Source of the DNA: Eubacteriales bacterium
Lineage (GTDB): Bacteria; Bacillota; Clostridia; Oscillospirales; CAG-272
Assembly: GCA_045652135.1 (NCBI GenBank)
Contig: JAZRTS010000031.1
Span: 3,246 to 67,245 of the forward strand
Reading direction: 5' to 3'
DNA length: 64,000 nucleotides
Shown here: one piece after another, positions 37,001 to 44,208 of the stretch
Layout of the letters: each line of letters opens with the position of its first letter
How positions within the stretch are numbered: the first letter of the stretch is position 1
Notes under the pieces: generated by a model
Seen by the model: the letters and a program-made list of their open reading frames with translations, nothing else
Databases searched by the model: none
What the model was told of the DNA's origin: nothing
Translations under genes and position numbers: made by a program

Positions 37001-37174
37001 CGAATCATCGGAAACGGATGCTTTCTTTTCAAGTTTCACCTGCTTTTTCAAGCCGTAATATACACTTTCGAGCAACTGCCCGAAAAAAGCATCGCGAAGT
37101 ATCATAAGTTCCAGCACGCGGGATTTTTCCCCTGCGTCAAAGTGAATGCTTATCAGAATTTTGTTATTTTCCAT
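34028..37174 (-). CDS. essC: T7SS FtsK/SpoIIIE-family ATPase, N-terminal half (cytoplasmic N-domain, two TM helices, stalk, first P-loop ATPase domain; EccCa-like).
   Basis: 1048 aa. TM pair LWMMLLPTVMTIVIMVLLRSVI / ALVLMSVAMSVVTVITSVMTWV. Walker A LVAGTTGSGKSE, Walker B LILVVDEF. Confidence 0.85.
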   Translation of the reverse strand: MENNKILISIHFDAGEKSRVLELMILRDAFFGQLLESVYYGLKKQVKLEKKASVSDDSVLSYSECLEIYNNCVADKAILKGSDASEEYWKKILVSLYDRKTLEKEKNHTVDSDSGEQVVLFQSDLNKRLCDLGFVSATRLIFFKEVEEGIHEINTDGIIPAFNPDNAKSEVKFPRYNISTRQLQCYDRNPVEIIPPQNPPQKAKQNLWMMLLPTVMTIVIMVLLRSVISGSAGGGGALVLMSVAMSVVTVITSVMTWVRQEKNYKKSLAEWKSQYEEYIRRVIAKIKKRHARDADLLRTNYPGAIKLLDKVRELNDDVFSRSPSHSDFLTVRLGISDRVESLFEIKGKEKDEIFSPATFELAEDSVTLSLVDENANNGKEDAADYYLSNLPAKIAETYRYMNGAPFLYSLSKCGTLGIVYDDPSDSIAKVDGITERFIRRMIFELCYYHSPENLQFVIFFPETVKKSDINEYIKRYAHLPHCRDLFENKSQFVFSKRSANIVLGSMLKIMEERSHASTNSAVGPHIVFIVFEEYNLKEHAFASYLPEAPKDGEAYKNKSGLTFVFAKRYKEHLPEYCSDIITLTNRPGGECSIVPYSDRDRKKSFRCDIIGESKDEGAENRSFRMLSGIYYTRISQNRQVPSGVSLFNQFGIVNNSKEDIGETIKRAVATNWGRDDEGRRIFDVTRTLAVPIGMTDNDMAILDLHERSDGPHMLVAGTTGSGKSETVISYLIGLCMRFRPDEVNMMLVDMKGGGFTKRLGMLPHVVGKVTDIDGDENNTGAEYMLKRFLVAIKSEVKRRKLVINHFQNVDSIDGYIKKCRELRASAEASEADLNYIKENPLTHLILVVDEFTELKRFSNESGEIDYMGEITTIARIGRSLGIHIILISQNIEGAITDDIRVNAKSRLCLKVATRQASKEMIGNELAASPSMPGNGRAYLLVGTGSKFEYFQSAYSGVLASENTSSDLVVTNVEKEGEYSQFYCSYEDNEEVIKLRKSKKQTQLEVTVEAVCNLYDTMKKEGNIEPVREIFRDPLPTNVVYDKEKYCLD

Positions 37175-37218
37175 AATTCGGCATCTCCGTATACTGCTTC
37201 AATATTTTTTGATATACG

Positions 37219-38448
37219 TCAAGAACGTTCTGATTTGAACGTGTCCACTATATCTTCCATGGCGCTCGTATAGTCTATCTTACGAATCGGCACTACGCAT
37301 TTCTTGCACATCTCGTCGTACGAAAGCCACTTCGGAAAAATATTCTTAGAAATATCCATGACCTTTACCGTCACGTCCGTGATGGAAGATATCGGCTCAA
37401 CCTTCATTTCAGCAACGTCTATATCGGGCTTTGTTATATCCGAAGGCGACGTATAAGCTTTTATAGGTATATTGTAAACCGGATTCGTATTATTTTCAAA
37501 ATTTATTGTTCCGAAACAGCACTTTTTTTCGTCTATCTGTTCAGTACCGTTTACGTTGACCGCGATTCCGTCAAACACTGAATAACTCAGCTTTAACTTT
37601 TCAGGCGGTGCGATCTTTTCAACGGCTGATTCGATTTCAAACGGCGCCGTTATACCGTTCGTTGTGGGTAATTTTACTTCTTTGACGGTGCAATCGCAGC
37701 TTGCATTCACGTTGCATCCATGTACTTTCTTGAAGCACGAAACATCGCGTTCAGACGGCAATGTACACTCACAGTTAACAGTGTAATCCGCGGATTCATA
37801 CCGCAGTGTCGGGCACTTTACCTGTGATATTTCTTTCATTTTTAAAGAAAGTCCGTCACTTTTTGTTTTTGACAGCGTAAACTGCTTTATGCCGAGACTT
37901 TTTTCAGCATTGACAGATGTGTGCTGTTCCGCTTTGGGAATATTGACCTTCAATGTTTTAAAAGACATTGTCGGAAAGGCTTTTCCGGCAGAAACATTTG
38001 TTTGCGCAAGTGATGAATTCCCGTCATTCTGCGCACAGAAATCAGATTTTTGTATCTGCGGACAATTAAGCTCTGAATAATCAATATTTACCGTAGGAAC
38101 AGAAAAAACTGCTTTTTTACTTTCGATCTTTTCCGAGGTGATAGTGACCTCGCCCTTCTGTGCCTTGAACTCCGACTGAGGTATTTTTTTCGCAGACACG
38201 GCAGGTACGGATGAACTGATGTTTTTTTTGTTTAACATTTCAGGCTTCTTAAACTGAAAATCTGCCTTTTTTACAACTACGTCCGTTCCCGCATTATTCA
38301 TATCTTTTGCCGAAAGATTCTTGAAACGACCGGAAAGCATAAGCTTGACTTCCGTCATCTCATATTCAAACAATTCCTTATTTCTCTGAATATCCACAGC
38401 TTTTTCATTCTGCGAATCGGTCAAAGCATTGTTTTCTTTCTTTTCCAT
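37219..38448 (-). CDS. Hypothetical 409-aa soluble protein, Lys/Ser-rich N-half and Cys-rich C-half.
   Basis: Good RBS (GGAGGT). No TM segment or signal peptide. Cysteine cluster NCECTLPSERDVSCFKKVHGCNVNASCDC. No family recognised. Confidence 0.65.
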   Translation of the reverse strand: MEKKENNALTDSQNEKAVDIQRNKELFEYEMTEVKLMLSGRFKNLSAKDMNNAGTDVVVKKADFQFKKPEMLNKKNISSSVPAVSAKKIPQSEFKAQKGEVTITSEKIESKKAVFSVPTVNIDYSELNCPQIQKSDFCAQNDGNSSLAQTNVSAGKAFPTMSFKTLKVNIPKAEQHTSVNAEKSLGIKQFTLSKTKSDGLSLKMKEISQVKCPTLRYESADYTVNCECTLPSERDVSCFKKVHGCNVNASCDCTVKEVKLPTTNGITAPFEIESAVEKIAPPEKLKLSYSVFDGIAVNVNGTEQIDEKKCCFGTINFENNTNPVYNIPIKAYTSPSDITKPDIDVAEMKVEPISSITDVTVKVMDISKNIFPKWLSYDEMCKKCVVPIRKIDYTSAMEDIVDTFKSERS

Positions 38449-38454
38449 ATCGAC

Positions 38455-38585
38455 CTCCGTAAAATGCGCGGCAACACCGTACTGTATCGGCGTACGGTGC
38501 TGCCCTGTATTCAGTCAAGCCCAACGGTAAACGCGAGGCTTGACCCGTCTTACATAAACTCAGACAGTGAAATATGACCTTGTGG
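38455..38585. repeat. Mosaic hairpin element inserted directly downstream of esxA.
   Basis: 13-bp stem with one mismatch, ggcaacaccgtac/gtacggtgctgcc (38470-38504). 8-bp stem gtcaagcc/ggcttgac (38514-38544). Motif gtgctgccctgta (38498-38510) matches gtgccgccctgta in copy B (8433-8445). Confidence 0.6.
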
Positions 38586-38592
38586 GTGGTTA

Positions 38593-38901
38593 TTAACCCA
38601 ACTTATCGGGAATACTGTCCGCGATCTGAGAATCTGCATTACGCATCTGATTTATGTTCTCGTTCAGAAGAGATGCCAGACCTTCAAGGTATTTCGGGAT
38701 TTCCTCTGAAACCAACTTATTTACATCGCCGTTGATAAGCTTTGCCATTTTTTCCTTACTTTCGCCTTCCCAATCCTGTATAGCAGAGATAAAACCGCTT
38801 GTAAACGCGCTTCCTGCAGTTCTGTAACGGCCTGCGATATCATTGATCTTCGTTACGGCTTCATTCATTTTTGTGTAATCATAAACAATCTTTTCAGACA
38901 T
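38593..38901 (-). CDS. esxA: WXG100 protein, EsxA-like (102 aa).
   Basis: ATG at 38901 follows AAAGGAA. The ORF-track TTG at 38919 is less likely. MSEKIVYDYTKMNEAV..AIQDWEGESKEKM has W-x-G at about residue 44 of a ~100-aa helical hairpin. Confidence 0.8.
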   Translation of the reverse strand: MSEKIVYDYTKMNEAVTKINDIAGRYRTAGSAFTSGFISAIQDWEGESKEKMAKLINGDVNKLVSEEIPKYLEGLASLLNENINQMRNADSQIADSIPDKLG

Positions 38902-38955
38902 TTTTTTAATTCCTTTCAAACGTAAATAATATTTCTTCTGATATCAAGGCAAGCC

Positions 38956-39276
38956 TTACTGACCTGCGTTCTGGTTTGCATCGCCGAGAGCGGGGTCAAT
39001 AGTACCGAGGAACTGCTGACCGATCTCTTCCATCATTTTCTTGAGGGCACCCATAAGTGAGCTCTCACCTTCCGTAAGATTCGTTGTGAGCGTGGGAACG
39101 ATCTTCGTGTCGAAGAAAGCTTTGTATCCGTCGGCTCCTTCTCCTATAAATCCGCTTGCTATCAACGTACTGATTGCACTCTGCAATTCGCTGAAATATC
39201 CGTTTGCTTTAGTGATGTACGAATCCACTTCCGCTGTGGAATTTGTAATGATCTGCTGTGAAAGAACTGTTGACAT
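38956..39276 (-). CDS. WXG100-like helical protein with a degenerate motif (F-I-G).
   Basis: 106 aa. GFIGEGADGYKAFF sits where WxGxA..AF occurs in WXG100 proteins. RBS GAAAGGGA. Confidence 0.6.
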   Translation of the reverse strand: MSTVLSQQIITNSTAEVDSYITKANGYFSELQSAISTLIASGFIGEGADGYKAFFDTKIVPTLTTNLTEGESSLMGALKKMMEEIGQQFLGTIDPALGDANQNAGQ

Positions 39277-39337
39277 AATTTTTTCCCTTTCAAAATTTAT
39301 ATATTTTATTTAAATTGCTTACGTGATTTTTTACCGC

Positions 39338-39679
39338 TCAGGCATCGTGATTGTATGCTTTTATTGCGGTATTAAGGTTATCATATTCTTTGAAAACGCT
39401 CGAATACATTTCACGCACCTCAAGGAGAGTCGTGGAAATGTGCTCCAACACTTTTTTCTGGTCGCTTATCGGCTGACGGAGATTTTTTCTGCACGCACTG
39501 ACAAACTTTCTGCCTGCGGGGGTATTAAATCCCGTTTGAAGAGTACTCAGCATATCTTCGATATCATCGCTGAGCGTCTGAAGTCTTACGCTCAATGCAG
39601 CAAAATCATCCGATGCTTTTTTGAATTTATCTTCATCAAGCACAATGTCAGTGCCAAATAATACGGATATAAGATCCAA
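39338..39679 (-). CDS. Small helical T7SS-associated protein (WXG100-superfamily-like, no WxG).
   Basis: 113 aa, with predicted helix-turn-helix hairpin proportions. TTG start 6 nt after GGGGAGGG. Confidence 0.5.
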   Translation of the reverse strand: MDLISVLFGTDIVLDEDKFKKASDDFAALSVRLQTLSDDIEDMLSTLQTGFNTPAGRKFVSACRKNLRQPISDQKKVLEHISTTLLEVREMYSSVFKEYDNLNTAIKAYNHDA

Positions 39680-39696
39680 CTGTATCCCTCCCCGTT

Positions 39697-41316
39697 TTAT
39701 GCTTCGGTCTTATCGGAATTACGACACTTTTCGATGTATTCCTTAAGTGAACTGCTTTCCTCTGCGGTTAAAAGATTAGTCATTTCTTCAGCTTTGGCGT
39801 ATGATCCCTGCTCCGCATACATTCTCGTACGCAAAACGATGGCATATCTGTCCTTGGGATTGCTCATCATCTTGGAACGGTAGAACGCGATCGCCTCGGC
39901 ATACTTTCTCTCACCCAGCTCCTTTGTGTAGTAAGGGTCGGAGCCTGCAAGGTTTCTGTACGCATACGCTTCGCAGTATCTGCTGAAATACTGATAGTAC
40001 ATATTTTGGCTTTCCTTCAGATATTCCGACATATTCAAAGCATTCAGATAATCTTCCTTCGATATGTAACACGACATCAATATGTATCTGACGCGCTCAA
40101 TGAATTCTTCGGAAACGTCTGTCTTTTCCTCAACGACATCCTCCTCAGCCGGTTCTTCCTCGTTTTTCTCCTGTGCGGAGACTTCATCCTCGTCCGCGTA
40201 GTTATCGTGGGATTCACCGCCGTCGTCGTAATAACCGTCGGACGATTCTCCGCCGTCATAATCATAATATCCGCCTGACGTTTCATCATCACCGTAATAA
40301 CCGCCGTTGTCTTCCGTTTCATACTGTCCGCTTGTATCGGTGTCGTCCGTATCCGAAGTAATATCGGATTCCTCGGGAATCGGTGTAAGATCGGCATCGC
40401 AGTGAATTATATCGGTCGCAGGCAAATATTTCTTCAAAAGCTCTATGGCTTCGTCGTACTTTTTCGCCTTCATGAAGAAATTCGCCCTGTTTATAGCAAC
40501 CTCGTTTTTATTTATTTCGGGATTGTCTGAACTGAGCAGTTCATCAAAAATCATCAAAGCGAGCTTTTCACTTCTTTCAACCGCTTCCTCGTTATCGGAA
40601 AATACGTCTATCATTTCCGTGTAGAATGCCGCCTTCTGAATCGCCAATGCGTATTTTTCCTTATCGTTCATATCGGCACATTCCTGCGCTTCAAACATAA
40701 TGCTTTCTGCTTTATCGTATTTTTTCAGTAACATGAGCAAATTGAAATACAGCACATAATTCTGGAATTTCGTCGGCTGTATATTCAAAAGCTTTGCCGC
40801 GGTAAGCTCAGCTTCTTCATACTGATTCAATACGGTCTGGATCTTTAATTTTTCCGTCAGCACGCGGGGGTCTATCGATTTAATATTGTCAGCGACCGCC
40901 GCTTCGTATTTCTTAAGATATACAAGGGCTGACTTCATATCGCCTCTTGCGCTGCAAAGCATTGCCTTCTGGAAGAATATCTTATTCAAAACTTCTTCGC
41001 TGCATCCCATATTCTCGGCTTTCGTGTACATATCAAGGCATCCGGCATACTCTTTCATAAAGAAGTACGCGTTGCCGAGATTATAGTAGTTGTCGCCGTT
41101 ATTGGGATCTACCTCAGCGGCATGAATAAAATGTTTTATCGCCTCGTCGTATAATCCGAGCACGATACACAGACTACCCGCCCTGGATAAAACGTACACG
41201 TTATCGGGCTGTTCCTCCAGTGCTTTTCTGTAGTAATCCAATGAAGCCTGATACTGCTTGTTTGCAAACGCGGCTTCCGCGCTTGCAAGCATTTCCTCGT
41301 AATTATATTCGTTCAT
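39697..41316 (-). CDS. TPR-repeat protein with an internal acidic Gly/Tyr/Asp-rich low-complexity insert.
   Basis: 539 aa. Multiple TPR-like units (..YYNLGNAYFFMKEYAGCLDMYTKA..). The insert reads GGYYGDDETSGGYYDYDGGESSDGYYDDGGESHDNYADEDE. Confidence 0.75.
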   Translation of the reverse strand: MNEYNYEEMLASAEAAFANKQYQASLDYYRKALEEQPDNVYVLSRAGSLCIVLGLYDEAIKHFIHAAEVDPNNGDNYYNLGNAYFFMKEYAGCLDMYTKAENMGCSEEVLNKIFFQKAMLCSARGDMKSALVYLKKYEAAVADNIKSIDPRVLTEKLKIQTVLNQYEEAELTAAKLLNIQPTKFQNYVLYFNLLMLLKKYDKAESIMFEAQECADMNDKEKYALAIQKAAFYTEMIDVFSDNEEAVERSEKLALMIFDELLSSDNPEINKNEVAINRANFFMKAKKYDEAIELLKKYLPATDIIHCDADLTPIPEESDITSDTDDTDTSGQYETEDNGGYYGDDETSGGYYDYDGGESSDGYYDDGGESHDNYADEDEVSAQEKNEEEPAEEDVVEEKTDVSEEFIERVRYILMSCYISKEDYLNALNMSEYLKESQNMYYQYFSRYCEAYAYRNLAGSDPYYTKELGERKYAEAIAFYRSKMMSNPKDRYAIVLRTRMYAEQGSYAKAEEMTNLLTAEESSSLKEYIEKCRNSDKTEA

Positions 41317-41363
41317 TATGATACCCTCTCGCTCTCTATATTAATTTTCCGTTTAAATCTTTC

Positions 41364-43037
41364 TTAAGCAAACAACCTGTTATTTTTACCGATTCCTCCG
41401 CCCAAGCCGCTGATGCTCACGGGGCCCAAATTGAATACGGGCAGCGACGGCATTGAAATTGTCAGCTTATCCAAAAACAGGGTGGGAACACTGGTGCGCG
41501 GTATAGTCCGAAGGCCCTTTCCGAACAGTCCTTCGGGAATATCTTTTTGGGAAATAAACAATCCGGAAAAATCCGCCTCACCGGTCGCCCTGCCGAATAA
41601 TGAAGATGTACCGATCTTGATATTTTTCATTAACGACATCGGAGTCGGAGCAGGTGCACCATCGAGTATCTTAAGGTATCTGTCAAAATTGCTCGACGCA
41701 CGCGCTATCTTTGACGCTTCAATATTTTCCATAACTCTTACTCTGGTCTGCGATCTGATACGCTGTTTCTCTATACTCAAGGGAGCTTCGCCGAAATGAC
41801 TTGATTCACGGGCGATCCTCGATTTTTCGATATTCTCCATGACTCTCGTCTTTATTTCAAACTGTTGAGCTTTAAAATTCAGCCCATCCGATACCGCACC
41901 AAACCCGGTGCTGAATGCCATGTCTAACAACAACGTTTCTATAGAGTACGAACCGTCATCCATACCAAAAGCCACGTCGATGCCCAATCCCGTAAGGCTT
42001 TCAATTCCGCCTTTTATCGCATTTCCGGGCATATTCGCTACTATGTGTTTTAAAAACTTGCTGTCGATATTCAGGATCTTTCCCATGCCTTCAGACAACT
42101 TACTCGTGAATCCCGTGAACTTCATCACGCTTCCCACCAAAGCGGAAACAGCGCCACCTTTGAAGCCCTCGTATACCGTCCGAGCGAAATCGTAGTCTTC
42201 GAAGCCTAAAACGGTTTCGCCTTCCATAACAGTCTGATTGAAAAAGTCAAGAGCCACACCTGTTCCTGCGCCCTGAACAAACTCACTTGCGATAAATCCG
42301 CCCACTCCGGAAAAGCTTGCAGCGATCTGTCCTGCCGCAAACAGCGTCGCACCTACCGCAGCACCTGCCACAGCGCCGAACAATCCGCCCTTAAACACTT
42401 CCACAAGATCAACGTCACCGTCGCCCTGGTACGATTTCCATCCGGCGACACCCATTCCGATACCGGCACCGAGTACGGCGAATCCTGCTATCAGAAGCGC
42501 TCCTGTACCACCTGTGATTATCGTAAAACCGATGAGCAAAACACCGCCGACAACAGTTACTACGGTAGCGCCGATTACAAAGATCTCATCGGCACATTCA
42601 ACCAGCGTTTCTACAATAAATTCACCTGCGGAAACCAGCGTATCCAAGAACTTATCCAACAGACTCTTCTTTTCTTCCTCGACCACCACGGGACGGAGAT
42701 GCTCGTTCATCTGATAAAATTCTTCTTTATTTTTACGCACAAGCTCTGCCGCATCTTTGTCCATATTAATGGCAAGAGTGAGAAAATCATCGAAACGTCT
42801 GCCCATATCGATCAGATTATGTTTCTTGCTTTCTTCGTTATAAATACGTTTCCGCAGTGATTCGACAGCACCGCCGAGATTACCGATTCCGCCCTCAAGA
42901 TTGCTTACAGCATTTTTGACAGACTGAAAGCTTGATATAACCGAATCAATATCTTCATCGAGAGCGTCAACACCGAGCGCAAACTCAACGATCGCAGAAA
43001 AACCGTCCAAACCTCCGGCATTTAATTCTATTCGCAT
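41364..43037 (-). CDS. Putative T7SS effector: helical LXG-like N-domain, glycine-zipper membrane-insertion region and a C-terminal duplicated motif.
   Basis: ATG at 43037 follows GAGG. The N-domain contains NLEGGIGNLGGAVESL. Residues ~160-260 are GxxxG-rich (GAGIGMGVAG, GAVAGAAVGA). Duplicated motif is RVMENIEKSRIARESSHF / RVMENIEASKIARASSNF. Confidence 0.6.
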   Translation of the reverse strand: MRIELNAGGLDGFSAIVEFALGVDALDEDIDSVISSFQSVKNAVSNLEGGIGNLGGAVESLRKRIYNEESKKHNLIDMGRRFDDFLTLAINMDKDAAELVRKNKEEFYQMNEHLRPVVVEEEKKSLLDKFLDTLVSAGEFIVETLVECADEIFVIGATVVTVVGGVLLIGFTIITGGTGALLIAGFAVLGAGIGMGVAGWKSYQGDGDVDLVEVFKGGLFGAVAGAAVGATLFAAGQIAASFSGVGGFIASEFVQGAGTGVALDFFNQTVMEGETVLGFEDYDFARTVYEGFKGGAVSALVGSVMKFTGFTSKLSEGMGKILNIDSKFLKHIVANMPGNAIKGGIESLTGLGIDVAFGMDDGSYSIETLLLDMAFSTGFGAVSDGLNFKAQQFEIKTRVMENIEKSRIARESSHFGEAPLSIEKQRIRSQTRVRVMENIEASKIARASSNFDRYLKILDGAPAPTPMSLMKNIKIGTSSLFGRATGEADFSGLFISQKDIPEGLFGKGLRTIPRTSVPTLFLDKLTISMPSLPVFNLGPVSISGLGGGIGKNNRLFA

Positions 43038-43079
43038 ATCACACTGCCTCACATTTAATTATATTCTTATATTATTGCA

Positions 43080-43619
43080 TCAAAGATTTCTGATCTGACG
43101 ACGTAACGAACTTTGAGTGTTATTGCAATTTCTGATCTTAGTAGTCAAAGTTCCGATACGATCGTTCAGCGCTTTTATCTGACGGTCGATCGCGTCAATA
43201 GCACTGATAAGTCTTCTTTCCTCGTTTTCAAACTCCTGAAGCGCATTGGACGAATGTCTGTTTTCATGCACCTTTTCGGTGTGAAACTTATCGGCAAAGT
43301 CAGCAGACTGAACACCGGTACATCTGATGCAACCTTTGAAATCACTGCCCGCCGAATCGGAGGATTTGTTCACTCTCTTTATTTTTTCGGGAATGTTCAC
43401 GGAAAAGAATCCGCCCGAACCTTCCATCATATCTATGATCTTCCGTACTCCGTCAAGACGTTTTTCAAGGTTTTGTTTTTCTTTTCTTGAGTTTGCCAGA
43501 TCCGTTGACGCGCGTTTTTTGCTTGATTCATATTCCGTTTCGTTTTTTTCGGATCTTCTCAGCTCATTGTACAAACTTTGCAATTTTTTGTTATCAGCCA
43601 AACCATTCACACCTTTCAA
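43080..43619 (-). CDS. Coiled-coil protein (T7SS accessory candidate). Start uncertain.
   Basis: 179 aa in the ORF track (TTG start without an RBS). An alternative TTG at 43601 follows AGGTG. Heptad-rich N and C termini. Confidence 0.5.
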   Translation of the reverse strand: MKGVNGLADNKKLQSLYNELRRSEKNETEYESSKKRASTDLANSRKEKQNLEKRLDGVRKIIDMMEGSGGFFSVNIPEKIKRVNKSSDSAGSDFKGCIRCTGVQSADFADKFHTEKVHENRHSSNALQEFENEERRLISAIDAIDRQIKALNDRIGTLTTKIRNCNNTQSSLRRQIRNL

Positions 43620-43631
43620 AAAGAATCGTAA

Positions 43632-44129
43632 TTAAAACGGAACGAACTCAAGGGAACTTACGTACCATGCATCAGCCTGCTCCACCATATACACGATACC
43701 TTCCTTTGTGAACTTAATGTCAGCTATCGCATAAGTGATGTTGGCATATATGTCCGCATAACTGCCGTGCACTTTCGTTTCAACGATATCCACCTGGATC
43801 GATTCCAAAAATTCCTGAGCGTCAAGCCCTTCTTCGTTCAAAATGGCAGAGGAGACCTTTTCATATATTTCATATTTATCAACGGTCGTTCCGCCCCATT
43901 TTCCTACAAGCTCGATACCGCTGATGGCAAGCGCAATAGGTTCAGCCACAGCAGGATCGATGCAGCGAAGGATACCGTCGATATCCAGCTTGTTGCACTT
44001 AAGCACAAAATCTTTAAGGCGCTGTTCAGCCGCCGAAGGGTCCCCGCCCGAGCAACCGGTCATCGTGCAAGCAAATATACCTATCATAATAAAGAGAGCG
44101 CAAACCCTCAGCCATACTGTGCGTTTCAT
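43632..44129 (-). CDS. Lipoprotein, first gene of the island.
   Basis: 165 aa. Signal peptide with lipobox MTGC. AGGAGG sits 8 nt upstream of the ATG, with a consensus promoter upstream. Confidence 0.75.
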   Translation of the reverse strand: MKRTVWLRVCALFIMIGIFACTMTGCSGGDPSAAEQRLKDFVLKCNKLDIDGILRCIDPAVAEPIALAISGIELVGKWGGTTVDKYEIYEKVSSAILNEEGLDAQEFLESIQVDIVETKVHGSYADIYANITYAIADIKFTKEGIVYMVEQADAWYVSSLEFVPF

Positions 44130-44169
44130 TAATGTATCCTCCTACCGAATACGAAAAGTTGATATAGCG

Positions 44170-44198
44170 ATTGTAGCACATTTTTGTGCATTTGTCAA
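44170..44198 (-). promoter_or_regulatory. Near-consensus sigma-A promoter of the T7SS island.
   Basis: On the minus strand: TTGACA (44193-44198), 17-nt spacer, TACAAT (44170-44175), about 40 nt upstream of the lipoprotein ATG. Confidence 0.75.
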
Positions 44199-44208
44199 GT
44201 GTTTTTGT

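Noticed and set aside
40077-40397. 106-aa minus-strand ORF and plus-strand ORFs overlapping the acidic insert of the TPR gene.
   Set aside because: They are alternative frames of a repetitive GA/GT-rich segment, and the TPR frame is continuous and has the RBS.
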